From positions 1,798,001 through 1,862,000 of the forward strand of contig ML978127.1 in NCBI GenBank assembly GCA_010015805.1: DNA of 64,000 bases, in the 5' to 3' direction. The translations under genes and the position numbers were made by a program. The DNA comes from Rhizodiscina lignyota. Taxonomy: Eukaryota. The first letter of the stretch is position 1; each line of letters begins with the position of its first letter. Shown here piece after piece: positions 24,176 through 35,704 of this stretch. Below the pieces are notes generated by a model, which worked only from the letters and a program-made list of their open reading frames with translations, searched no databases and was not told the origin of the DNA.

Positions 24176-26065
24176 ATGCCATCCACGCAAGAATCAGGCT
24201 CGCACCCGCGACGGCCGGGCTTTGGAAGACTGCCTTCGTCCTTGTCATACGTCTCCCAGTCGCCCTCCGACGCTGCTTCAAACGGCCACTCCGCCTCCTA
24301 CAAAGCCAGTGGGCAGAAGGCGCAGAAACATGTCGTTGGGAGACTTGGGAGGAACGTGTCGTTTGGCAAGAATCTGCACAAGCTGACCGCACAAACCGCG
24401 CAGGATGGTGATGGTGCCGACAGTCGCCATCACACGCGCTCGAATTCTGGTGGTGTATCGGCTCCATCCAGTCCACGACCAGCCCTTATGAAACGGAATA
24501 CCTCGACTGCTGTGGTCAAGCGGAACACGTCGCATACCGTGTTACGAAAGAACCTCTCGAGTGGACATTTACCACGCAACGGCTCGTCAAAGAACGTCTC
24601 GAAAGGGGCGAAATTGGAGGCGCCAGCGATGAAAAGGGCACACTCACATCCTCATGGCGATAAAAGCCAGCATCAGAGTCCACCTCCACCGAAGCCATCG
24701 AACCCTACAGTGCGTTTTGATGTTGGGGAAGATGAAGGTCAAGATGATGATTGGACGGAAGATAGCGCATCGCAGTCTCCAGAGACTACGAGGTCAAACA
24801 CAAGGAACAATTCTCTAGCTGTCGACCCAAAAGTAACACTAGATGGCACAAAAGAGTCACAACAACCACACAAACGCCAGGCTTCGGATCCACAAGTGCG
24901 CTTTGCGCAGCCAGCAACTTCACCTCCGACCTCCGCGCAACATCATTCGCTTTCTGATAGCCCGATAGCGACGCGAGATTACGCTGCCGACGCTCATCAA
25001 GTCAATGGCTCGAGCTCATGTCACCCTTCATCACGCCCTCCAGATGCCGACATGATTACTGCACGACTATTGCAACGCGCTCCTCATAATGCCGCACCCC
25101 CACAAACCTCATCTGTCTCTGCTACTGTCCACGCCGATGCGCACAATCCTCAATCATTAAGTCACAGCCAAGGCTCGACTCTCAATGAGACGCCTGGGAA
25201 GGACTTGGTATCGCGGTTTATCAACGGTTCTGGCAGTTCTGGCAATACTCCTCGGGACAGCAATTTTCTACCCACCCGTATGAAAAACCATGTAGAGGGA
25301 AGTGATGATGAATCGGAAAATGACAGCATTCCGAAGCGAAACAAGTCCGCCCCCAACATGGCACACCCTCTTTCTGCAGCATCAAGTGCGTCGCACAACC
25401 GCACAGCGTCACAACCGCAAGCGCAGAATTCTGCATTTGTCAATCCCGAAATGCACCCTTCACGGACGCAGCAAAAGCTGTGGCTGCAACGAGCTTCATC
25501 AGCCATCGAGCCTCAGAGAATGGTGCCTGCAATCCTCCCTCGAACTGCTGGTCCTCCATTACCCTCATCTCAGATTAATTACAGCTCGGCAGTTGATAGT
25601 GCGGGCCGTTTGGACCCTAGATTACAACGACAGTTTGATCAGGTACACCTGGAATACAAGGCTATACGGAGATATCGAAATCCTCTCGCAGAAGCGGTCA
25701 GGAAATTGGACCGCTTGGATAGCGTCAGAAGAGACTGGCTTGTTTCTGGGACTCCGCCGCTCGCGCCATCATCAGCAAGTATGAACGGCCATCGAGAAGA
25801 GGCGATGACATCAGCAAGGGCAAGTGGAACTACTACCCCCGGAACAGGCGCTGCTGACCGTGACCGGGCGGAAGTTGGAAGCCGGCGATCACGCGTAAGC
25901 TTTGACGTTCCTAGTCAGAACGAGGATGGAGAGGAGCAAGAGGAGGAAGATGAAGAGGGCAGTATCGAGAGCGCGGGCAATACGACTATTGGAAGTCACA
26001 GGGACGACGCGCACGAGATCTGCAGGAGGCTGTGGGACATGCCCGCTGCAGGTGAGAGTGGGTGA
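24176..26065 (+). CDS. Tco89-like TORC1 subunit (low-complexity, Ser-rich)
   Basis: 629-aa intronless ORF with SRTQQKLWLQRAS and EYKAIRRYRNPL motifs typical of the Tco89 domain. Confidence 0.7.
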   Translation: MPSTQESGSHPRRPGFGRLPSSLSYVSQSPSDAASNGHSASYKASGQKAQKHVVGRLGRNVSFGKNLHKLTAQTAQDGDGADSRHHTRSNSGGVSAPSSPRPALMKRNTSTAVVKRNTSHTVLRKNLSSGHLPRNGSSKNVSKGAKLEAPAMKRAHSHPHGDKSQHQSPPPPKPSNPTVRFDVGEDEGQDDDWTEDSASQSPETTRSNTRNNSLAVDPKVTLDGTKESQQPHKRQASDPQVRFAQPATSPPTSAQHHSLSDSPIATRDYAADAHQVNGSSSCHPSSRPPDADMITARLLQRAPHNAAPPQTSSVSATVHADAHNPQSLSHSQGSTLNETPGKDLVSRFINGSGSSGNTPRDSNFLPTRMKNHVEGSDDESENDSIPKRNKSAPNMAHPLSAASSASHNRTASQPQAQNSAFVNPEMHPSRTQQKLWLQRASSAIEPQRMVPAILPRTAGPPLPSSQINYSSAVDSAGRLDPRLQRQFDQVHLEYKAIRRYRNPLAEAVRKLDRLDSVRRDWLVSGTPPLAPSSASMNGHREEAMTSARASGTTTPGTGAADRDRAEVGSRRSRVSFDVPSQNEDGEEQEEEDEEGSIESAGNTTIGSHRDDAHEICRRLWDMPAAGESG

Positions 26066-26896
26066 GTCGTGGGGGAACATGGAGTCGGCGCCGAATGTCG
26101 TGATATCACCTTTCGTTGCTCGGGTTATTCTGTACACATTTCTCGTGATTAATTACTGGACTGCATTTCCGCGGTGCCTCAGCGGGTCTACGGATCATTG
26201 ATACGTTTTGGAAGGGTCAACATTGGAGCATTGCACCAGAGGTAACAGTCTTGGTTTTGCATCGCTAGTGGGATATATGCCTCAGAAGCATTCTATACGG
26301 AAATTGGAATTCGGTTTTTTCGAAGCGTTTCATCGATATTTCTACGATATCTAGACTATTTACCTACCATCTCTATGCGTGGTCGTCAACGGTCAACACG
26401 AGATGAATCCACACGGTCCGGCCCGCTCCCTCGCGCTCCTCCGCCTCTTGGCATGCATACTGCGGACGATGGCCGAAAGTAATCTCTCATGTCGATGATG
26501 TTCACACTGTAACAACATATACGACGTTTCCCTGTAGCCCTTACAGCCAGTGTTCCTAAGGACCACCATCCTCAATGAGTCTTGGACGGACAAGATAAGG
26601 ATGCCTCTGCACCCCGCTCCCTTAGAGCGGTGCCTTGCAGAGTGCATGAGTACTCCGCAGCTTCGTGCAACTTGATGTACGACATGGACTGACAATTGTA
26701 ATGAGACTTCGGACAAAGACATGATCGCTTGCATACCGCCATGCGTACAGCAGATGCTGTGCTTGCGCCTTCTCGATCGAAATCTGCAATATGCCCCGCC
26801 GCCACAAGGGAAAGGAGGGACAGATTTTCTCTCATCCAACTTTTCTTTCACTTGTCTCTTTCTCATCTTTTGACATTGTGAGGTAGCTCTCTCGTC

Positions 26897-28615
26897 ATGA
26901 TGCAGTTCAGTTCCTTGACCTTGCTAGCCTTACTGGCATTCTTTAGTGTGTGGTGCTTCGTACCAGCTTCTTGCCATGTCAACAAAACAACTTCCAGGAC
27001 ATCATATCCCGCATCCTCAGAATGGACAGGATGGGGAGGGAATATATTCAACAACCGCTGGAATTCTCACAACGACGAAGTGTCGGCGTCAGACATCGGC
27101 TCGCTCTCCATCAAATGTCAACTGACATATCATTTCGGCGTGAGTGCTACGCCTGTCATTGATGGCAACACTGCCTACTACCCGACTTGGAATGGATCTT
27201 TGGTTGCCCTTGATTACACCACATGTTCTGTCCGTTGGCAGATCAATGTCACACAAGTCATTGTCGATTTTGCGCCTCCTACCGAGGTGAACAGCATCGT
27301 GCCACCTGTGTCGCGTACTAGTCCGCAAATTGATGGCGACACCATATATTTTGGTACTCTGTTGAACTGCCTTATCGTGGCTGTTGATGTGCGGAATGGA
27401 CACGCTCTTGCCGTGAAGCAGATCAACTCTCATCCAGTGGCGATCGTCACCATGAGCCCGACATTCTACGATGGCAAGCTCCTGGTTGGATCCTCGAGCT
27501 CTGAAGAATCAATTGCAGACATGGTGCCTGACTACAAGTGCTGTTCGTTCGTCGGTAACATGGTTGCTCTTAACTTCGATTCGAGCTCTAAGCGCTTCAA
27601 GACTGTATGGAACATCAGTATGATCCCGGAGGACCAAGTGAAAGCTGGATGGTCCGGATCGGCCATCTGGGGCAGCCAACCGGCCATTGATTCAAAGCGT
27701 TGCCAAGTCTATGTTGCGACAGGAAATACGTACAGCGTACCGAAGGTGATCCAGGATTGTCAGTCAGCGACGCAGAACCTCACTGCCGTACGAGAAGGGC
27801 TTGTACCCGAGCCTTGCCTCCCTGCAGACGTCTGGCAAGAGGCCGTCCTTGCAATTGACATTGACACTGGATTCGTGAATTGGGTCCGTCAACTCTCGCC
27901 TCTGGACTCATGGACAGTCGCTTGCGGAATCACTGGCTTGCTTCCGCAGAACCACGACGTCTGTCCCGAGGAACCCGGACCGGATGCTGACTTTGGAATG
28001 GCACCAGTATTCGTTCCGGGCTCGAAGAATACCCCCCAAGAGCAAGACACCCTGATTGTAGGTCAGAAGAATGGAAATCTTTATGCAATGTCTGCGGAAG
28101 CTGGCACGCTCTTCTGGACGACAGTTACCAGTCCAGATGGCAATGAGGGAGGACTAAGCTGGGGAGTGGCAGTCGATGACAGTCAAGTATACTTCACGGC
28201 TTTGAATTCGTTCCGGACACCATTCGCCTTGCGACCCTCGAACCAGTCAACCAGAGGTAGCGCGCTCGGTGCGGTCTCTCTCAAAGATGGCACAATCATC
28301 TGGGAAGTCGCTCCTCCCGGAGGAAATTCATCGATTACAGCATATGCAAACAATCCACCGACAGTGGTGGGTGACCTGGTGCTAACAGGGCGAACTGGCT
28401 TTGAAAACAGCACAGAAGGTTATGAGAACTCCACAGGCGCGCTACTCGCATTTGACAAAGCCTCCGGCAAATTGGTGCATCTGGTCGAGCTGGAAACTAA
28501 CTTTCATAGCGGTGTGGCCGTGCAGGGCGAATATATCATGTGGGGAACTGGTTATCGGCAATATACAACGTATTCAGGCAATGGTTCATTCTACGTGGGT
28601 AAGGTCGGGAAATAG
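26897..28615 (+). CDS. Secreted quinoprotein (PQQ) alcohol dehydrogenase-like beta-propeller, polyvinyl-alcohol dehydrogenase-like
   Basis: 572-aa intronless ORF; signal peptide; Trp-docking blades (ALDYTTCSVRW, AIDIDTGFVNW, AVSLKDGTIIW), CCSFVG, YVATGN, GPDADFG, GQKNG. Confidence 0.85.
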   Translation: MMQFSSLTLLALLAFFSVWCFVPASCHVNKTTSRTSYPASSEWTGWGGNIFNNRWNSHNDEVSASDIGSLSIKCQLTYHFGVSATPVIDGNTAYYPTWNGSLVALDYTTCSVRWQINVTQVIVDFAPPTEVNSIVPPVSRTSPQIDGDTIYFGTLLNCLIVAVDVRNGHALAVKQINSHPVAIVTMSPTFYDGKLLVGSSSSEESIADMVPDYKCCSFVGNMVALNFDSSSKRFKTVWNISMIPEDQVKAGWSGSAIWGSQPAIDSKRCQVYVATGNTYSVPKVIQDCQSATQNLTAVREGLVPEPCLPADVWQEAVLAIDIDTGFVNWVRQLSPLDSWTVACGITGLLPQNHDVCPEEPGPDADFGMAPVFVPGSKNTPQEQDTLIVGQKNGNLYAMSAEAGTLFWTTVTSPDGNEGGLSWGVAVDDSQVYFTALNSFRTPFALRPSNQSTRGSALGAVSLKDGTIIWEVAPPGGNSSITAYANNPPTVVGDLVLTGRTGFENSTEGYENSTGALLAFDKASGKLVHLVELETNFHSGVAVQGEYIMWGTGYRQYTTYSGNGSFYVGKVGK

Positions 28616-28702
28616 ACTTTATCTTTATCTTTCGATCGAGGATTGCGAATTTGCTCTGTTTTTATGTCTCGGATATCTTCATGAGTAGGGCCGCCCAGTA
28701 TT

Positions 28703-30009
28703 CTATTCCAGCTCGTTAACTCTAATTAAAATCTTCATATGCTTTGCCTTGTTCTTAACTAACTCTTTTAAACCGCCTTCTTCCGCATTCTCTAGCGGCA
28801 CCCGCCCCGTAATCCACTTCTTCAGCTCGTTCATTGAGATCCGGCCGTCTGCCATCGCGTCGATGACTTCAGGGTAGTCCTCGTCGGCGTAGCAAATAGT
28901 GCCGACGATCTTAAGGCTGCGCATCATGATTTGGTTTGCATCGAAGGTGACCTAACAATGTTTAGGACGAGGAGCTGGAACAGGAGAAGATGCAACTTAC
29001 TGGCTCGTGGAATATCCCGTACATAACGTATGTGCCGGCCCTTCGGAGCGCCGCTATTCCATCGTCGAAGGTGGACTGTGTCGCTACGGCATCGAAGACG
29101 ATCTCGGCACCGTATCTGGATCGCACAGGAATCTTAGCTTCCATGTCACGCCTCAAGGACCTACCACAGAAGACTCACTCGTCAAACAGTTGTCTGGCAG
29201 TGGCCGCAACATCGCAAACCGAACTGTCGTAGAGGTGCTTTACTCCCAGCTCCAGCGCCTTAGCATTTCTCGCCTTATTCCTACCCACCACCATCACATT
29301 CCCCAAATCCACCCCTCTCGCCTTCAAGCACGCTAAAGTCGCAATCCCAATCGGCCCCGTCCCAAGCACCAGCACCCTATCTGTCCTCTCCACTCCCGCG
29401 CTCTTAAACCCCGCCTTCACACCCTGCCACGCCACCGACACTGGCTCCACTAGTGCAGCGACGTCCAACGGTATGTGGTCCGGCAGCGGGAAGCACTTGT
29501 CCGCTTCGACGTTGAGCAGCTCCTGCATCCCACCGTCGAGCATGATGCCGCGGATGGAGAAGTTCTCGCAGCCGCCACTGTAGTGCGCGAGACAGCGGTG
29601 GCAGGTGCCATCTGAGACGATCGGGTGGACGGCGACTCGCGTGCCGGGCTTGAGATTAGGATGCTGAGAGGTGACGGATGGGTGAGTTTCGCGGATGATG
29701 CCGGACATCTCGTGGCCGACGGTGGTTGCGGATACGCTGAATATCTGGGGATTTGGGTGAGATGAGTATGCTCCTTTGCATAGTGTTCTAAGACCTCTAA
29801 GATGGAGTTGTGGATGAAACTTCACATACCGGACCGTGAGCCCATTCTCCGATGTCTGAGCCGCATATACCACACCACGCAGGTGCTACGCGAACTTGGC
29901 CTTCTTTGAGAGGAGGGAGATCAGAGACGTTGATGTGGGCGAGCTTGAGGTTTTTGTTGCCATTCCATTGGACGGCGCGGATCGTCGAGTTCTCAGTGTG
30001 ACCATCCAT
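28703..30009 (-). CDS. Zn-dependent medium-chain alcohol dehydrogenase, butanediol/sorbitol DH-like (exons 30009-29830, 29744-29179, 29115-29001, 28951-28703)
   Basis: CGICGSD, GHEMSG, DGTCHRC...C zinc lobe, ALVEP, GTGPIG Rossmann motif; canonical introns. Confidence 0.9.
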
Positions 30010-31369
30010 ATTGGATTGGAATGAGGAGGACAACGGAACAAGAGGATATATGAAGCATGGTAGAGAGGAAGAGATTTATGTGTGAAAAATCTCGCAAAGT
30101 ATACGCATTTGGGAGAAATGTCATTCCTGTATGATACTGCTGACAACCTGATTTAGGAATCGTCCCGACCAGCTGAGAGCAGCTATGGACTTATGAGGCG
30201 GACACATAAAGCTAAGCATTGATTACGAAGTTTAACATGGAAGAAGTTTTAGGGAATCATCATATCGGAAGTATGTTTAATCATTTAAATAATATCTGTC
30301 GTCTGACTCGGTTAAGCATATCCTCTCGCGTGAGGGGTCGTTAGGTGCCAATGAGCTGAGAGTCGTGAGAGCTTAATTCATACCTTTATAATTTTGAAAG
30401 CTTAAAGGGGCAATTGGAAGAGACGAAAGATGTAAGAACTGAAGATTAGACGTATCACTGCGTGAACCAAAGCTCTCCTTGGTCAGCTTAAGGTGCGGCC
30501 GCCGCCAGTCCCCCAGGACCCACCGAGGATTACTGCCTCCTGCTTTAAGCTTACCCCGGGTAAAGTAATCGGCATGTCTGTTCGAAGGTAGGGCTGTTAA
30601 ACGACGGAATCAAAACGAGTCGCATATTGGTTGGATCTTTACAGAGCGGAAGTTTCCAAGCAGCCGCAGTCCGAGCAGACCAATTAGAATCCTCTACGAA
30701 GAAGGAAAACACCATTTGTGTAAGAAAATGTGAGGGAAGTTGCTCTTAGATCCTTCGTGATTAGTTATGATCATGTCTCCCATCTCTGACTCTCACGGGA
30801 TGGTCGCAAGCTTCCAGAAGGACTGATCGCAATCGACATTTAAAGCTCCACGAAGTCATGAGCACTGCGTGAGCCTTCTTCAGGGCGGTGTCATCATGGC
30901 TCAACCGTTGTTTTGTCAGGCCACGACTCGATAGCTATCCTGCAAGGCTGCCCCATGCCGGTCATTTTGTGAAAGAGTCCGCGTTGCATTGACGGGGGAG
31001 AGGCATGGTGTGCCATTGGCAATGCTTTTGTTGCTGGCGTCTCTTGGAATCCTCTGTGGTACGCAGATGTCGTTAACGACAAGTACGAAGAGATATGCTT
31101 AGTCTGATTTGCAGCCGCAATACATTATATATCTCAACGCAGTCATCTTGTGTAGAGTATTGTCCAATATCATTTCCACCGTGAGGTTGCGATCGAACTG
31201 GTGGGGTTGATGGGCAGGCACGAGCGCCACGCGACGGGGATTGTGACAAGGATTGTGACAGGGGTAGATGCGCCCCACTCCCGAAATAAATGCCATCGAG
31301 AGCTTCACTTCTGCACCAACCTACAACCACCACGCAACTTCGCACTTGGCCACCTGAAATCCCTCCACC

Positions 31370-32355
31370 ATGGCTGCAGAACAGCGCAAGCTGCTCGGTA
31401 CGCGTCCCCTTCTCTCTGATCTACGCGCACAGCGACTAACAGTTATTTTACAGAGCAGCTCATGGGCGAGCAACTCATGTCTGGCCCAGGCACGCGCACT
31501 CCTCAACTCTCAATCACCGACCCCAAAGTCTGCCGCAGCTACCTTGTCGGCACCTGTCCACGCGATCTCTTCACAAACACGAAGCAAGATAACGGCCCAT
31601 GCCCGAAAGTGCACAACGAGGCGCTGAAGAACGAGTACGAAGCCGCCGACGAGCAGCAGAAGCGACGCTGGGGCTTCGAGTACGACTACTTCCGCGACAT
31701 GACCGCCTACGTCGACGACTGTAATCGTAGGATCGATACTGCTGAGAGGCGCTTGGAAAGCACTGCTGATGAGATCAAGAAGAAGAGCGTTTTGGTGAGT
31801 GAACCGATCTCCCCTCATAGCAAGTAGTTTGATGCATTGTAGGTCAAACAGATTTCCAACGCGAAGGAAAACATCACCGCCGGCCTCCAAGAAGTCGAAG
31901 TTCTCGCCAAATTAGGACACGTCAACCTCGCCGTCTCCGAACACTTCAAGGTCATGCTCTACCAGCAAGAGAAGGACAAGTTGGAGCGGCAGTTGAAGGA
32001 CCTGTCCGACACCTCCGGCCCCTCGGGCCACCAGAAGCTGCAGGTCTGCGATGTCTGTGGCGCGTACCTCAGCAGGCTCGACAACGACCGCCGCCTGGCC
32101 GACCACTTCTACGGCAAGATGCACTTGGGCTACGCGCAGATGCGCAAGACATACGAGCAGCTGCAAAAGGAGTTGCAGGGTCGTCCGCCACCCGCTAGGC
32201 AGGATGAATACAACCCTGCAGGACGTGAGATGGCGGGTGGCTATGGCGATCGCGGCCACTATGGAAGAGGAAATTACGGCGGCGCAGGTGGCTATGGACG
32301 CGGACGCGGTGGCGGATACCGTGGTCGTGGCGGATATGGCGGTGGCCGCTGGTAG
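31370..32355 (+). CDS. LUC7: U1 snRNP protein Luc7 (exons 31370-31397, 31454-31794, 31843-32355)
   Basis: MAAEQRKLLEQLM, VCRSYLVGTCP..LFTNTK...CPKVH, QKLQVCDVCGAYLSRLDNDRRLADHFYGKMHLGY; RGG tail. Confidence 0.95.
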
Positions 32356-32489
32356 ACTCATGAAGGACATAAGGTCTCTTCTACCTCTTCTACTTTCACA
32401 CTACAAAGGCTTAGCATAGATACCCAATGAATCAAATGACCTTCTACTCTCCATTGCATTGAACACTTGTCTACCATGTAAAACTTTCT

Positions 32490-33530
32490 ACGGAGGGATG
32501 TTTTTCTCTAACACATGTGTTCGTGCGTTGTGCACTGTCAGTGGAAGAAGGATCTCTTTCATAGTTTCGGTGCTTTCATATATCTCGCTTTACAAGCAGA
32601 AGAAGGGCCTCTTGCTACGTCTCTCTAGCTTCATGTCTTAACATTACGGACCGAAGATATGGCATCCTGCTTAATCGTAGTAGCTTCATAAGCCTTACGC
32701 TGTCGCCACAAGAAATGTCTCTGCTTTAATCTCTGTAGCTCTACACGTAGCATGCTTTGTACGAAAGGGTTTCCGTTAGATCTGCACAATCCCAAATATC
32801 TAACAGTGCGAGGCCGCTGGAATATAGCGCGGCTCTATAGAGCTTTCTCTACGTTTGTATCAAACCACGGAGGTAGCCTCGTGCTCCAGCTTTCATATTT
32901 CCGTACGCTATGCGCTGTCGTCGGAATACACATGCACAGAAACAATGGGCGCTTCGTTGCGCACTATGGTACTGATTCATTGAAGAAGGGTACACAAGGA
33001 GACCATTCATGTCCGACAGGCATGCGTGCCGGATCAGAAGACGGAGATCTAAAGATATAATTGAAATTTAAAGTCTTGCGAGTTCGGGGAGAAGGGTGAC
33101 GCCGAAATCTCTGGTTCATGCAGTGCACCACGTACGAGTTCCACGGAAGAGAGGGTGGGAAGAAACTACTCACGCTCCAGAAGCCAGTGTACAAGAACAG
33201 AGTATGTGTTTCTGCGAATAAAATAGACATTTTTAACGCCATGCGTGGCTGTGGAGAGGAACGTCGTCCGAATTCTGTACACACGCTGTGTACCACGGTT
33301 TAAACTCTTGGAAGAGAGACCTCATCTCCCACTTTCATGTCTTCGAGTGTGATGCACGACACTAGAAGAAGGATATCTACTTATCCGATTGACGATTCAA
33401 GACCAAGAGTACCATGAAGAAAGTCTTAAGAGCTTTGATCGAAGTTGTCATCAAATACGGGCTTCATGGGAGAGAGGCTTCCTCTCCGACTGTCGTGTGT
33501 TCGCGTGTTAAGCAGCACTGACAGAAGATG
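32490..33530. repeat. Highly degenerate ~54-55 bp tandem array (about 19 units), GAAGA orientation
   Basis: GAAGA at 32544, 32599, 32653, 32982, 33037, 33146, 33311, 33365, 33416, 33524 (spacings are near-multiples of 54-55); (A)GCTT(T)C about 25-29 nt upstream in several units. Confidence 0.7.
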
Positions 33531-33672
33531 GAACAACTTGGGCAAAATCTAATCATCAATGGTATTTTACCTAGCAAGCATCATTCTGGTATGCCATTTA
33601 ACTCCATAACTCCATCTCCACCACTGATATTGCTCGCCCACCACTTAAGCCCTCGGTGACCGAAATGACGCT

Positions 33673-35497
33673 CTATTGCCAAACATTCGAAAACAAATCA
33701 TCATTGTTCAACCCGCCGCTAGACGGCTTTTGTGGTGGTTGTTGCTGCTGCTGTGCTGGAGCCGGCGCACTGCTCCAACCGCCAAAGTCATCATCCTGAG
33801 TGACTTGCGGCGGGCTTGTGGGCTTCTGCGCGGCACTGCTACCCCACCCGAAATCGTTCGAGATGCCGTTAGAGGGCATGGACGGCTTCGGTGCGGGCGC
33901 AGCTGCCGCTGTATTCGACGAGCCCCAAACATCGCCCGATGCCCAAGGATCAGCTGTTGAAAAACTCGCCATAGGGGCGGCTTGCTGTCGGGGTGCAGGG
34001 GGCTGCATGGGTTTCGCTGGCTGAGAGAGATTGAACGCGGAGTTCATGGTGGGAGAGGTTGGCTTAGGGACGGGTGCAGGTGCGGATGGCTGAGAAGGCA
34101 TAGAGAGGTCGAATAAATCTCCACCACCACTCATGGGATTGGATGGCTTTGGAGGAGCCGGCGCAGCAGTCGGCGATGTCGCAGAGAAGAAGTCGCCAAA
34201 TCCGCTCGACTGGCTGAATGTTCGTTGGGCTGCGGTAGGTTGGGGGGGAGGGGACGTTGCTGCAGGCTTTTGTGCTGGAGTATCGAAGAAACTGCCGCCG
34301 CCGCCAAAGGAGGAAGCTGATGCAGTTGATGGTTGTCGACGAGCCGTGGCGGCACTTGTGAGATTTGCGAACGGAGAGGGTTTCTGTGGTTGGACGGGCG
34401 GAGATGAGGGAGATGCAAAGCTGAGGCTGCTGAAAGCATCGTTAAGGCCACCAGCGGCATTCTGGTTCATTTGAGTTGGCGACTGTAAAGGCGGCGACTG
34501 CATAGGTGGTGATTGGAAGCCGCCGAAGGAGCCGCCAAAAGAGCCGCTTGAGGAATGATGATGATGCTGCGGCTGTGCTGGCGCTGCAGCTCTTGGAGCT
34601 GATGCATAAAGAGATAGGATCGACTGCTTCAGGTCTGGCCTGGAGGGAACAGCCGACGAAGAGTTTCCGGTGCTGGATGGGCGCTCTGGTGGTGCAGATT
34701 GTGTGCCGCCGAGGAAGTCCAAGCCCAAGAGTGAATCACCAGGCCTCGTCTGCTTTGGTGGAGCTGCTGAAGCTTTGGCTGGGGGCTGTCTCGAAATCGG
34801 CTCAGTCGTGCTGGGTCTCTGCGGCGCATCATTGCCTCCAATCAAATCAACATTCGCTGCCGGCCGTGCTGGAGCTCTGATTATTGGGCCTTGTGCAGAC
34901 TCTCTCACAGATGAGGCGCGCTCAATCTTTGCTTTTTCTTGGACGACATTCAAAGGCTGCGAAATATCCAGATCAGCAATCGTACCCAAGAGTCTCACAG
35001 AGGAATAAATACCACGTCGTCATCTCCTTCCGATCCTAACGTAGCTGGATCCGGCATACCCCCATCCATAACCCATCTCTTGGATTCGTATTTTGTTCGT
35101 ATGAAATTCTCGATTTTAGCTTCGGAGGGGACGTGTCCAGGCGCCAGCTTTGCTTCCCAATACCTACTTATGTTAGAACAATATCCCACATCCAGGAACA
35201 ATCTCGCATATACCTATTTGCTCTTGCATTGCCCCACTTGAGCATACTTTGTAGTTGTTCGTCTGTCCACGAGTCCAAATCCACACTCTTGACCCTGCTA
35301 ATGTGCGTCCCCATGCCACGATGAATGCCTGAACACCTTATGCAGATGAAAATGCCCAGGTTCCAGCTTGCCCATCTCGGATGTTTGTTCCTCTTACAGT
35401 CTGCGCAGCTCTTATTGCTTTCTAGCTTCACAAGACTCTTGAGTGTGGCTCGGTTCTGCTCCGCGCGATCGAGCGCAGGATTACGGCGGTTTGACAT
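33673..35497 (-). CDS. ArfGAP-domain protein, SMAP/Age2-like (exons 35497-35214, 35163-35013, 34956-33673)
   Basis: [45 protein letters not shown]; low-complexity tail with LLGLD, DLFDL, DPW and DDDFG endocytic-type motifs. Confidence 0.93.
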
Positions 35498-35704
35498 CTT
35501 CGGCGGTCACTACAGCTCGTGGGATGTCGAAAGAAATATGCAGAGGAGCTTGTTCAAGCTCGGGAGAGTCGGGGGTGGTTTATAGGTTTGCCAATAGATG
35601 CGAGTTCGTGAAGTTGTTTCTCGAGGATCATAGAGTGCGATTGAGGGATGAAGTGACGACGCGGCAAATGCCGTTGCCAAGCATCTCAGGCTTGAAGACA
35701 ACCC

